From: an uncultured Nitrospina sp.
Lineage (GTDB): Bacteria; Nitrospinota; Nitrospinia; Nitrospinales; VA-1
Reading direction: 5' to 3'
DNA length: 64,000 bases
Assembly: GCA_964344595.1 (NCBI GenBank)
Contig: CAYFNV010000003.1
Location: forward strand, 117,032 to 181,031
Part shown: piece after piece, positions 8,338 through 17,190 of the stretch
How positions within the stretch are numbered: position 1 is the first letter of the stretch
Layout: every line of letters starts with the position of its first letter
The notes under the pieces: model-generated
Told to the model about the DNA's origin: nothing
The model's database searches: none
The model's input: the letters and a program-made list of their open reading frames with translations, nothing else
Position numbers and translations under genes: made by a program

Positions 8338-9294
8338 ATGAGTCAAGAAAGAGATGATCTGTCGGGGATGAGAATCCTTTTGGTAGATGATGTTCCTAAT
8401 AATATTGAAATTCTATTTCAAACCCTCAAGATGCGTTTCGATCAGATATCGATGGCAAATAATGGGGTCAAGGCTACAGAACTTGTTAAAAAATGGAACC
8501 CTGATTTAATTTTAATGGACATCATGATGCCGGAAATGGATGGAATCGAAGCCTGCAAAAGATTGAAGGCCGATGAGTCTACACGAGAAATTCCAATTCT
8601 CTTCATAACCGCTAAAGCCGCTACTGAAGATGTTATAGAGGGTTTTAAGGTAGGCGGTGCAGATTATATTACCAAGCCTTTTCGTGTTGAAGAAGTGCTT
8701 GCTCGTGTGGAGGTGCAATTGAGATTAAGAAAGGTTATGAAGGAGAAAGATGACCTGATCTCTGAATTGAGAGATACGCATGATGTGTTGCTGAACTCTT
8801 CAAGAATGGATGCCTTAACCGGAATCCATAACCGGGTAAGTTTGGAAGAAAAGTTAAACCAGGAACAGTCTCGAAACCAGCGGAATGGGAAATCTTTTTC
8901 AATTATTTTGGCTGATATCGATAGAATCAATAAAATTAATGAAGAGTACGGATTGAGTGTTGGAGATCATGTAATCATTCGCACCTCATCATTCCTGGCA
9001 CAGAATATCAGAAGCCATGACATAGTCGGACGCTGGAGTAGCGAAGAGTTTTTAATCCTTCTACCGGAAACAAATTTGGCAGAGGCTAGAGTACTAGCGG
9101 AAAAAATACGTTCTTTGTTAGAAGTTGAAAAACTGAGCTTCAACCAGCATCAAATTTCCTTAACACTCAGTATGGGTGCAAGCCATTGTACGAGTGATAT
9201 TAAATGGGATAAATGCCTGGTTAAGGCTCAGGAAAGTCTGCGTAAAGCAAAAGAAAGAGGCCGAAATCAGTTGGTTGTGGACGAAAGTGAATAG
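8338..9294 (+). CDS. response regulator: receiver domain fused to a degenerate GGDEF domain
   Basis: REC features: LVDDVPNN, LILMDIMMPEMDG, TKPF. GGDEF-domain scaffold: DALTGIHNR, ADIDRINKINEEYG. The active-site motif reads SSEEF instead of GG(D/E)EF. An RxxD I-site (RSHD) sits 5 residues upstream. Confidence 0.85.
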   Translation: MSQERDDLSGMRILLVDDVPNNIEILFQTLKMRFDQISMANNGVKATELVKKWNPDLILMDIMMPEMDGIEACKRLKADESTREIPILFITAKAATEDVIEGFKVGGADYITKPFRVEEVLARVEVQLRLRKVMKEKDDLISELRDTHDVLLNSSRMDALTGIHNRVSLEEKLNQEQSRNQRNGKSFSIILADIDRINKINEEYGLSVGDHVIIRTSSFLAQNIRSHDIVGRWSSEEFLILLPETNLAEARVLAEKIRSLLEVEKLSFNQHQISLTLSMGASHCTSDIKWDKCLVKAQESLRKAKERGRNQLVVDESE

Positions 9295-9351
9295 TAATAA
9301 AAATTTATTGACTAGATTGTTTGCATTTCTCCATCTTTAAAGGGTAAAAGC

Positions 9352-10176
9352 TTGCCAGTCAGCGCTGAAGATTTCGAGCAAATAAAGAAATTTATTCTAA
9401 AAAAATCCGGAATTTCCCTTGCCGCAGGTAAAGAGTATTTAGTTGAAGGACGATTGGAGGCCCTGACATACAGTGAAGGGTTTGATGATCTTCACTCCTT
9501 AGTTGCGACTCTGAAAAATAACCCTGAGAGTGAATTAGGTGAAAAAGTGGTTGATGCCTTGACCACTAACGAAACTTCTTTTTTTCGTGACCGTCATCCC
9601 TTTGAAACATTAAAGTCCTCGATTCTCCCAACCTTGCTCAATGATCCAAACGCTAGCAAGAAAATTTATATTTGGTCTGCGGCCTGTTCAAGTGGCCAGG
9701 AACCTTATTCATTGTCCATGCTTTTAGCTGAATCATTTGGGCGGGGTACGGAAGTAGAGATCAAGATCATTGCCAGTGATATTTCAGGGAAAATGTTGGA
9801 AAAATGCAGGTCTGGGATTTTTACCCATTTTGAAGTTTCACGAGGGCTTCCGTTTCACTATCTACCTCGGTTTTTAATGAGGGTTGAGTCTAAATGGCAA
9901 ATGAAACCTGAAATAAGGGAAAGAATTGATTTTCGCTATCTAAACCTGTGCGAGAACTGGAGTGGGTTACCCCTGTTTGATATTGTCTTCATGAGAAATG
10001 TTTTGATTTATTTTGATCTTGCTACAAAAAAAAACATTCTGGAAAAAGTAATGAAAGTTTTGAGGCCGGGAGGTTACCTTTTCCTGGGATCAGGAGAAAA
10101 TCCGACGGAACTAGAAGACTACTTTCAACCGACAGATTTCTCCACTTCAGCATGTTTCAAGTTCACACCTGCCTGA
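9352..10176 (+). CDS. cheR: chemotaxis protein methyltransferase CheR
   Basis: CheR N-terminal helical domain plus SAM-binding domain (IWSAACSSGQEPYSLSMLL, FMRNVLIYF). TTG start per the ORF track. Confidence 0.85.
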   Translation: MPVSAEDFEQIKKFILKKSGISLAAGKEYLVEGRLEALTYSEGFDDLHSLVATLKNNPESELGEKVVDALTTNETSFFRDRHPFETLKSSILPTLLNDPNASKKIYIWSAACSSGQEPYSLSMLLAESFGRGTEVEIKIIASDISGKMLEKCRSGIFTHFEVSRGLPFHYLPRFLMRVESKWQMKPEIRERIDFRYLNLCENWSGLPLFDIVFMRNVLIYFDLATKKNILEKVMKVLRPGGYLFLGSGENPTELEDYFQPTDFSTSACFKFTPA

Positions 10177-10336
10177 AACCCACAGTTTCCTTTGCCCTCT
10201 TTCCTTTATGTAGATATGATTCCTGCTGACAAATCGATGATTTAATAATAGTTTGTTAAAAGAGCTGATTTTTAACAGATATATTCCCTATTATTAAGGA
10301 GCTGATGTTGAATATACGTTCGGAGAGGGGAAGTTG

Positions 10337-10975
10337 TTAGAAGGAAAGTGCTTCCGAGTAAGTGATCTTGGGGAAATTATCAAGAGTTGAAAAGGGGCTA
10401 CAGTTATAAACTTCGACATCGATAGAAGCCAGTTTGCTTGCACCATAGTCAAGCATTTTTATCATTTTCGGAAACTCCGTTTTCTCGTGGTTCAAGGTTT
10501 GAGGATCCTTACCAAAAAAATGGGTGTTTGTGCCATCGTGTTTTAAGTCCAGGCCTAGAAAAAAAATCCTTTTGAATCCCATATAAACAGCTACTTGCAA
10601 GGCAAAGTAGGAAATAGTGTAGCCGGAATAGATGCCTTCTTCCAGGTCTGTGCTGAAACCTTCACCTCCAAGCAACTTCAGGGGCAGGCCCAAAGGTCTA
10701 TCCTCAAGTGTGAATAACTGTCTGACGTTTTTATAGGAGTCGTAATAGAGATCAAAAAGGCGGTGATCAAAAACACATTGGTAATAGGGAGTAGGATAAA
10801 TCAGAGTAGACCTGTTCAGACCCATGACAATTTTATTTTTCAATAAAGAAAGGTCAAGATCCGCCAGAGATGGCCCTGATGCGAGGATGAAAATGTTTTT
10901 CCCTTTGTGCAGGTTTTTATAGTACGCGATTGGTTGCATAGTTTTAATTGAATGTGTCTTCACCAAACTTGACAT
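10337..10975 (-). CDS. MptE-like / DUF115 (motility-accessory-factor-type) domain protein, putative nonulosonic-acid/glycosyl transferase-like
   Basis: KNIFILASGPSL...MGLNRS Rossmann-like N-terminus, typical of the DUF115/MAF_flag10 core. The alternative ATG at 10939 (MQPIAYY) would remove the 32-nt overlap with the upstream gene. Confidence 0.55.
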   Translation of the reverse strand: MSSLVKTHSIKTMQPIAYYKNLHKGKNIFILASGPSLADLDLSLLKNKIVMGLNRSTLIYPTPYYQCVFDHRLFDLYYDSYKNVRQLFTLEDRPLGLPLKLLGGEGFSTDLEEGIYSGYTISYFALQVAVYMGFKRIFFLGLDLKHDGTNTHFFGKDPQTLNHEKTEFPKMIKMLDYGASKLASIDVEVYNCSPFSTLDNFPKITYSEALSF

Positions 10976-11888
10976 ACTTGATCATACGACGGTTATACGT
11001 ATAGACACCATGGGTGATGTTGTTGTTCCCTAGAATAAAGCTTGGATAAGATACTTCCAGTGGGACTTCGTCCAGATGCCAGGTTTTTTCCCAGGTATTT
11101 CCTCTATCGTGACTCCAGGATATGCTGAGAGGCGAACGTTTATGTTCCTCAGTATGATTGTAGACAACGACCAGGTTGTTATTAAACGAAAAGGTTGATA
11201 CTCCCGAAAGTGGGTTAGGAAGATTAGTCAATTTAGGATGAGACCAGTTCTTCCCCTGGTCCGTTGAATGACTGAGACTGATTTTTCTAGGATCTGTAGT
11301 TGGTCTGAAACACAGGGTCAATATGCCACTGTTGTCTTTAACCATTGCCGCCTGAATGAGTCCAGTGGTCTCAAAGCTATAATGATCCATCCATCTGGAA
11401 TAAGGCGGTTTGCTGGCAAGTAGAAAGGTTTGCTTGGTGCTCTCATCATAAGCGGGAAGTAAATAGGAACCCGAATCCAGTAAGACAGGTGGGTGCCGTA
11501 CCATCATTCCAGGTGTGTTCCACAATTGAACTGGGTTGGACCAGGTTTGTCCCTCGTCATCAGACCACATCTCTTGTAGGTACGCATCATTCCAATAGCT
11601 TCCTTTCAATGCGACATAAAGAAGGTGGATGCGTCCCCCAGGCTCTTGAAACAGTACAGGATTGCCAACAGAATATTTTGAATGAGCCAGAATAGATATT
11701 CCGGGACTCCATGAGCTGTCTCCCTTATGTTTTTTAGCAAGGGTCAAGGTGGCATTGATGTATTCATCTGCCGGGTAAGTGTACCAGACAACCATTAATG
11801 TTCCAGCTTGCGTCTCCAAAATTGAAGCGCAATGGCAAAACATTCCCTGATCATCATGTGGGTTGTGCAAAAACGTAGCTTCAATCAT
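10944..11888 (-). CDS. BNR/Asp-box repeat protein, sialidase (exo-alpha-sialidase)-like beta-propeller, no signal peptide
   Basis: Three Asp-box motifs SxDxGxTW: SDDEGQTW, STDQGKNW and SHDRGNTW. No N-terminal hydrophobic signal. Confidence 0.7.
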   Translation of the reverse strand: MIEATFLHNPHDDQGMFCHCASILETQAGTLMVVWYTYPADEYINATLTLAKKHKGDSSWSPGISILAHSKYSVGNPVLFQEPGGRIHLLYVALKGSYWNDAYLQEMWSDDEGQTWSNPVQLWNTPGMMVRHPPVLLDSGSYLLPAYDESTKQTFLLASKPPYSRWMDHYSFETTGLIQAAMVKDNSGILTLCFRPTTDPRKISLSHSTDQGKNWSHPKLTNLPNPLSGVSTFSFNNNLVVVYNHTEEHKRSPLSISWSHDRGNTWEKTWHLDEVPLEVSYPSFILGNNNITHGVYTYNRRMIKYVKFGEDTFN

Positions 11889-12122
11889 GGCGTGGAGCGC
11901 TTTTCTTAAGATGAAATTTAATATGATGGTTTCATTATAAAGGCTGGAATTATATTTCTAATAATTATTTTCTCGACGGTGTAATGTTTTCAGGTAAGTT
12001 TTTTTAATCAGGAAAGTTAAGCATGGATAGATTTTCAGAAATATTGTGCACAAAAAGTCCACTACTATTTCACAAGGGTGGATATGGTTTTGGGTGGAAG
12101 TTTGTTAACGGTTTAATGGAAA

Positions 12123-12196
12123 TGGAGGCGCCGGGCGGACTCGAACCGCCGATAGAGATTTTGCAGACCTCTGCCTTACCACTTGGCGACGGCGCC
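12123..12196 (-). tRNA. tRNA-Cys (GCA)
   Basis: Hand-folded cloverleaf. Acceptor GGCGCCG/CGGCGCC; anticodon arm GAGGT-CTGCAAA-ATCTC; T arm GGCGG-TTCGAGT-CCGCC; discriminator U; encoded CCA. Confidence 0.9.
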
Positions 12197-12222
12197 CTGC
12201 TTGGTTATTACGGTGAAAAAAA

Positions 12223-12297
<75 letters not shown>

Positions 12298-12345
12298 AAC
12301 TTTTCGACTAGGCAACTATTTTTTGGGATGGAAGACCCGTGACCA

Positions 12346-12373
12346 ATTATATTTCTTCAATTGAGATTGTCAA
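12346..12373 (-). promoter_or_regulatory. consensus sigma-70 promoter for the tRNA-Gly/tRNA-Cys unit
   Basis: On the minus strand: TTGACA (12373-12368), 16-nt spacer, TATAAT (12351-12346). This is about 45 nt upstream of the tRNA-Gly 5' end. Confidence 0.65.
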
Positions 12374-12376
12374 ATT

Positions 12377-12967
12377 CTATTTTTTAATGAACTTTGCTTC
12401 AGTTCCTTCAATCAGGCGCAAAATATTGCCGTAATGCCTTTGTGTTGTGAACAAACCAATAATTACTGCAAGATAAATATAGGGAAGTTGCAATTTAAAT
12501 AAAAAGGCAAACAATGGAAGAGAAACCGCTGCCATGATTGATCCAATTGAAACATAGCCTGAAATCCACAGACAGATAGAAAATACCCCTATTGCGCAAA
12601 GTGTTGCCAAGGGCATGATATACGAAAAAAGGCCAAGGCTCGTTGCAACTCCTTTTCCACCCTTAAATTTCAAAAAGACCGAATAGAGGTGTCCTAGAAA
12701 AACCATTAATCCGGAAAGAGAGATCAGCTCCGGTTTCTCATACAGTGATCCAGCAGAAAGAGCTACTATAAATCCCTTCGATACATCTCCCAAAAGAGTC
12801 AGTAGTCCTGCTTTTTTACCCATTACCCGGGCTACATTTGTAGCCCCAATATTTCCACTACCGTGCTCACGGATATTCAGGTTTTGTGCCCGCGCAAGAA
12901 CAACCCCAAAGGGAATGGAGCCTATCAAATATGAGACTATACATAGAGTTATTGTTTCAATCAACAT
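12377..12967 (-). CDS. plsY: glycerol-3-phosphate acyltransferase PlsY
   Basis: SIPFG...HGSGNIGATNV signature, multi-TM, about 196 aa. Confidence 0.9.
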   Translation of the reverse strand: MLIETITLCIVSYLIGSIPFGVVLARAQNLNIREHGSGNIGATNVARVMGKKAGLLTLLGDVSKGFIVALSAGSLYEKPELISLSGLMVFLGHLYSVFLKFKGGKGVATSLGLFSYIMPLATLCAIGVFSICLWISGYVSIGSIMAAVSLPLFAFLFKLQLPYIYLAVIIGLFTTQRHYGNILRLIEGTEAKFIKK

Positions 12968-12977
12968 GATGAAGAGC

Positions 12978-13868
12978 TCAGTCTGTCTCGTCTACCCAGG
13001 ACTCGCTTTGCAGTTTTGTTTTTAGTTTTAATTTGGCCCTTTTCTCGACTTGCCTGACTCGTTCCCGGGAAAGGCCGATCTCTTTACCAATTTCTTCCAA
13101 TGTTTTTACTTCTCCATCAAAACCGAAACGCATTTTGAGTATTAGTGCCTCCCTTTCTGAGAGGTCTTCCAATAACTGGTCAACCTTGGTACTGAGTGAT
13201 GCTTGCATGAGTTGATCATCGTAGGGAATCAGATCCTGGTTTTCCAAAAGATCCAGATAAGGTGTGTCTTCGGAATCTTTTAAGGGAGAATCGAGTGAAA
13301 GGTGAGTCCGGTAGGCGCGCATTATAGAATTTACTTCCTCATCTCTGTATCCCAGACTTTTTGCAAGTTCAGACTGCGTTGGTTCCCGCTCAAGGTCTTG
13401 TGCCATCTGCTGGCTTCTTTGGTTGATCTTGAGCACTTTGCCTGCCTGTTTTACTGGTAATTTGACTGTGCCAGATTGTTCTGCAAGAGAATGCATAATA
13501 GCCTGCTTGATCCACCACACTGCATAGGTGATGAACTTGACATTTCTTGATACATCAAAACGCTTGGCGGCTTGAATCAGTCCTATGTTACCTTCTTCAA
13601 TCAAATCCTGAAGGGAAATGCCCAATCCACGGTACTTATTGGCAACGGTCACAACATACTTTAAGTTTCTGCGTACCATTTCCTGAATGGCTTTCGGGTC
13701 GCCGGCTTTAATAGATTTCGCGAGTTTGATCTCTTCACTACGGGTAAGAACTTTGATTTTGCCAATTTCTTCCATGTATTGTGTGAGTGGGTCATGGTTT
13801 GCTCCTTTGTTTGCTACTGGAGAAGAGTGCTTGGGTTTTCTCGGTTTTTTTTGAGGAGTCTTTGGCAT
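12978..13868 (-). CDS. RNA polymerase sigma-70 family factor (RpoD/RpoS-like, lacks region 1.1)
   Basis: Region 2 DLIEEGNIGLIQAAKRFD and YAVWWIKQAI. Region 4.2 TLEEIGKEIGLSRERVRQVEKRA. Confidence 0.85.
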   Translation of the reverse strand: MPKTPQKKPRKPKHSSPVANKGANHDPLTQYMEEIGKIKVLTRSEEIKLAKSIKAGDPKAIQEMVRRNLKYVVTVANKYRGLGISLQDLIEEGNIGLIQAAKRFDVSRNVKFITYAVWWIKQAIMHSLAEQSGTVKLPVKQAGKVLKINQRSQQMAQDLEREPTQSELAKSLGYRDEEVNSIMRAYRTHLSLDSPLKDSEDTPYLDLLENQDLIPYDDQLMQASLSTKVDQLLEDLSEREALILKMRFGFDGEVKTLEEIGKEIGLSRERVRQVEKRAKLKLKTKLQSESWVDETD

Positions 13869-13876
13869 AATTTGTT

Positions 13877-14641
13877 TTAGCGAAGTGTTCTCAGACGAAT
13901 TCGAGCTTCTTTAGCAAATTCACTTTTTGGAGAGCTTCTAATAACGTTTTTATAATAAGTGGTTGCTTCAGAAAAATTTTGCTCACGATAGTAGGATTCG
14001 CCTAATAAGAATTCAGCTTCCAGATTGTAAGAGTGATTAGGGTACTCAAGCTTTAAACGTTTAAACCTTTGGATCGCCGATTGATAAGAGCCAGTGCGAA
14101 AATAAAACTTGCCTATTTCAAATATATTTTGTGCAAGAATATCCAGACATTGGGTTATTTTTAATTTTGCCGGTTTGGAGTAAGAGCTGTTTGGAAAATC
14201 CTCAACAAAGTGCTGAAATCCTTCCAGTGCAGAATTTACAGGCGTCAAGTCTCGTGATGCCAAGTCAGTTAGCTTGAAATTGGACATGGCTTTATAGAAA
14301 TGCGCTCGATCTACAAACGGGTGAGCTGGATAAAGTTCGGTGAACTTTTGGTAATGAAATTTAGCCTCCTCATATTCTTCCTCTTTGAAATGAAGGTCTG
14401 CAAGCAACATAGTTCCCGCTACCCGTTCTTTACTGTCGGGATAATCTTCCATTAATTGCTGTACTTTGGCCTTGGCTTTTTCATGATCTTCATTTTTCGC
14501 TAACCGCTTACTTTGTTGCAATAATTGCCTTGCGGAAAAATTTTCCTGTTTTTCTGTTGTGGCGCATCCTGCGAAAAGCATTAGCAGGAAAATCAAAGAA
14601 AACAAAGATACAAATTTGAAGGAAAGTCTAAATAGAGACAT
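13877..14641 (-). CDS. bamD: outer membrane protein assembly factor BamD-like TPR lipoprotein
   Basis: Lipobox LFAGC; TPR-like repeats across about 250 aa; YfiO/BamD-like size. Confidence 0.7.
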   Translation of the reverse strand: MSLFRLSFKFVSLFSLIFLLMLFAGCATTEKQENFSARQLLQQSKRLAKNEDHEKAKAKVQQLMEDYPDSKERVAGTMLLADLHFKEEEYEEAKFHYQKFTELYPAHPFVDRAHFYKAMSNFKLTDLASRDLTPVNSALEGFQHFVEDFPNSSYSKPAKLKITQCLDILAQNIFEIGKFYFRTGSYQSAIQRFKRLKLEYPNHSYNLEAEFLLGESYYREQNFSEATTYYKNVIRSSPKSEFAKEARIRLRTLR

Positions 14642-14820
14642 TATTGTTATAGATGGTTACAGGCTTTTTTCAAATATATACTAAAAAACCTTGTGTTTAA
14701 AGAACTTAATCATTTTATAGAGACTGAAAGCTCCTTGCTTATCCAGAAAACTTCATGCTATAACTTCAACGATATACCCATCTTTAAGATGGGGTCTTCC
14801 TACAGGAAAAAGCCGTTACC

Positions 14821-15588
14821 ATGAAACGTACTATAAAGATTATATTGTTAAGCCTATTAGGTTTTCCTGGGTTGGCTTTTGCCGCAGACCCTGGTTCTGC
14901 TCATTCGTGGAAACTGCTTTCTATTTTTGAAAAAGGTGGGATCATGATGTATCCCATTCTTTTCGCCTCTGTGCTCATGCTGGGGATTGCCATAGAACGC
15001 CTATATAACTTGAGAAGAAAAAATGTCATCGATTCCAATTTCCTTCAGAATGTCCGGGATCAATGGGATTGGAAAGACACTCATAAAACCCTCCAATTGT
15101 GTAACTCCTATGACAATTCACTTTCGCGGATTTTGAAAGTCGGGTTATTGCGGGTAGGAGGTAAGCTTGACGAAATTGAAAGAGCAATTGAAGGTGCCGG
15201 TCAACATGAAGCGTCATTGATGAACTCGAATTTGCGGGTTTTAGGCGCTGTGGCAAATATCACTCCGATGATGGGACTTTTGGGAACGGTATTCGGTATG
15301 ATCAGAGCCTTCAATGTTATTTCTTTAAGCGGAACAGGGAATCCTGGGCTTGTTGCCAGCGGTATTTCCGAAGCTTTAATAACAACCGCGGCTGGCATGG
15401 TGGTGGGTATACCTGCTTTGGCGCTTTATCATTATTTCAGGGGAAAAATTGATCGCTATGTTTTTGAGATGGAAGAGATATCCTTTCAGCTTATTGAAGA
15501 GCTTTCCTATGATGGTATTCGAAAGTCTAAATCTGGTGCTTCAGGTACGACTAGAGAAAAACCTAAGAGGACATCAAGTGTTAGTTGA
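14821..15588 (+). CDS. MotA/TolQ/ExbB family proton-channel protein
   Basis: Signal/TM N-terminus, then the conserved C-terminal TM pair (GLLGTVFGMIRAF...EALITTAAGMVVGIPAL). Confidence 0.85.
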   Translation: MKRTIKIILLSLLGFPGLAFAADPGSAHSWKLLSIFEKGGIMMYPILFASVLMLGIAIERLYNLRRKNVIDSNFLQNVRDQWDWKDTHKTLQLCNSYDNSLSRILKVGLLRVGGKLDEIERAIEGAGQHEASLMNSNLRVLGAVANITPMMGLLGTVFGMIRAFNVISLSGTGNPGLVASGISEALITTAAGMVVGIPALALYHYFRGKIDRYVFEMEEISFQLIEELSYDGIRKSKSGASGTTREKPKRTSSVS

Positions 15589-15622
15589 TCATCAGGGGCC
15601 TGTTGCTTAAGGAGAATACTTC

Positions 15623-16021
15623 GTGCAATTCAGAAGAGAAGAGGAGGATAATTTCGCTCTGGACATGACCCCAATGATTGATGTGGTGTTCCTGCTCATT
15701 ATTTTCTTCATGGTCTCAACGGTGTTTGTGGACTTCAGCAGAAAAATGGATATTAATCTTCCAACTTCCAAGTCTTCCGTTCTCGATGAAAGTGCAAAGA
15801 CCCTGGAGGTTGAGATGTCGAAAGATAAGAAAATTTTTCTTGGTGGCAAACTGGTAACGCTTCTTGGGCTTGAAACAACTCTCGCGAAAATGCAATTCAA
15901 GGATAAAAAACCAACCGCGATTATCCGTGCTGATAAATCCCTTCCATACGGAGATGTGATTCAGGTTATGGGTTTTTTGCAGAAAAAAGGCATTCCCGAT
16001 ATCAGTGTGGCGGTGAAATAA
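15623..16021 (+). CDS. ExbD/TolR family biopolymer transport protein
   Basis: MTPMIDVVFLLIIFFMV anchor plus a periplasmic domain (IRADKSLPYGDVIQVM). GTG start. Confidence 0.85.
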   Translation: MQFRREEEDNFALDMTPMIDVVFLLIIFFMVSTVFVDFSRKMDINLPTSKSSVLDESAKTLEVEMSKDKKIFLGGKLVTLLGLETTLAKMQFKDKKPTAIIRADKSLPYGDVIQVMGFLQKKGIPDISVAVK

Positions 16022-16109
16022 GGTATACTCTAGCTTTCATCCAGTAATATTATAAACAGCGTCTGGTTCTGATCGGAGCCGGACTCTTTATGTTTTAAGG
16101 AGATTTTTA

Positions 16110-16784
16110 ATGGCAACCTACACGAAAGAAAAAGATGTTGAAACCACTTTGGAAGATGATTCCGAGGCGCGTAAAGCGATGCAGGAAGTATTTTCAAATA
16201 CGGCACGCTGGCCTGCAGGATTTGGTGGCTTCACTGCTGATGTGACGGCAAACATAAATGGTGTCGAACAAAAGGGTACTGTAACGGTAAAAGGCCCCAA
16301 AGAAATCGAGACAGATATCAGTGATGAAAATGCCAGGGGATTTCTTACCGAAAACCTGGCTTCTATTGCCATGCATCGAGGTCCGCGTTCTTTTGAGGAG
16401 TCGGATGGAAAATACAAACTGAATTTTGGCGATGACGGCACGCATCCTCTGGGCAGAAAGTTGATCATGGGCGGGGATGGTATGAGTTCGTTTTACCGCA
16501 TTAAAGACGGCAGAATCCAGCAGATCAACCGGCAGACACCACGTTTTTCTTTTTCTATCAATATTGAAGAAAGCCGGAAAAACCAGGATGGTAAGTTCCT
16601 GACGCATAAATATTCTGTGTTCTATTTCAAGCCGGATAAAGGATTGAAAGATGTGGAGAGCTATACAGATGAATACACAAGAGTGGGTGAGGCCGATCTT
16701 CCTGAAATGCGCCGTATCATCAACTGTGAAGAAGGCGCGGTCACAGTTTCTACGATGACACTCAGCAACCACAAACTTCTTTAA
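16110..16784 (+). CDS. conserved hypothetical protein (possibly DUF3386-like)
   Basis: Strong SD AAGGAG 8 nt upstream of the ATG. The sequence pattern ...W..GF.GFTADV... resembles DUF3386 from memory only. Confidence 0.6.
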   Translation: MATYTKEKDVETTLEDDSEARKAMQEVFSNTARWPAGFGGFTADVTANINGVEQKGTVTVKGPKEIETDISDENARGFLTENLASIAMHRGPRSFEESDGKYKLNFGDDGTHPLGRKLIMGGDGMSSFYRIKDGRIQQINRQTPRFSFSINIEESRKNQDGKFLTHKYSVFYFKPDKGLKDVESYTDEYTRVGEADLPEMRRIINCEEGAVTVSTMTLSNHKLL

Positions 16785-16877
16785 ATAAAGATTATAAGTT
16801 GGCATGGGTGAATTTCACCTGTGTCAACTTTAAATTTCCACCTTATACTTCAACAACCAATCCACCTCACCGATTGC

Positions 16878-17022
16878 GAAGAACACGATACATTGGGTTA
16901 ATGTGGACAGCCGTTCAGGTCACGTTGGTATGCATGGCAATGAATATCAAACGATGCCTTGTTCTGGCAAAAACATAAAAGCACTTTGTCTTGATGAGGA
17001 AAACCTGATTATCATGTAGAAA
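16878..17022 (+). repeat. 145-bp repeat 'A', copy 1
   Basis: Hand alignment to the reverse complement of 37820-37963 shows about 9 differences, including a 1-nt indel. Confidence 0.9.
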
Positions 17023-17054
17023 GGGTGAATCACTACTTCTTACTTAATTTCCTG
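17023..17054 (+). repeat. 32-bp repeat 'B', copy 1 (directly abuts A)
   Basis: gggtgaatcactacttcttacttaatttcctg versus 37751-37782 gggtgaatcactattttttgcttaattttctg: 28/32 identical, same orientation. Confidence 0.8.
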
Positions 17055-17120
17055 CAGGTTATTGCTCATTGCCACCGGCGGCTCGCTCCTCTAGCGAGGG
17101 AGGCAGATGGCAAGAACACT

Positions 17121-17190
17121 TTAAGCCGAGATAGATTTATGTGTCGCAGAAATAGCTATTGCAGTAGGGTCCAGCATCACGCGGGCTAAA
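17121..17190 (+). repeat. copy 2 of the ~70-nt repeat family; its end overlaps the stop codon of the Nfu gene
   Basis: ttaagccgaga at 17121-17131 and agctattgcagt at 17154-17165 (33-nt offset, versus 32-34 in the other copies). Confidence 0.7.

Noticed and set aside
16194-16805. 203-aa minus-strand ORF antisense to 16110..16784
   Set aside because: The plus-strand gene has a strong AAGGAG Shine-Dalgarno sequence and a globular-looking sequence. The antisense translation is Cys/Arg/Phe-rich, has no ribosome-binding site, and runs into the intergenic repeat region.
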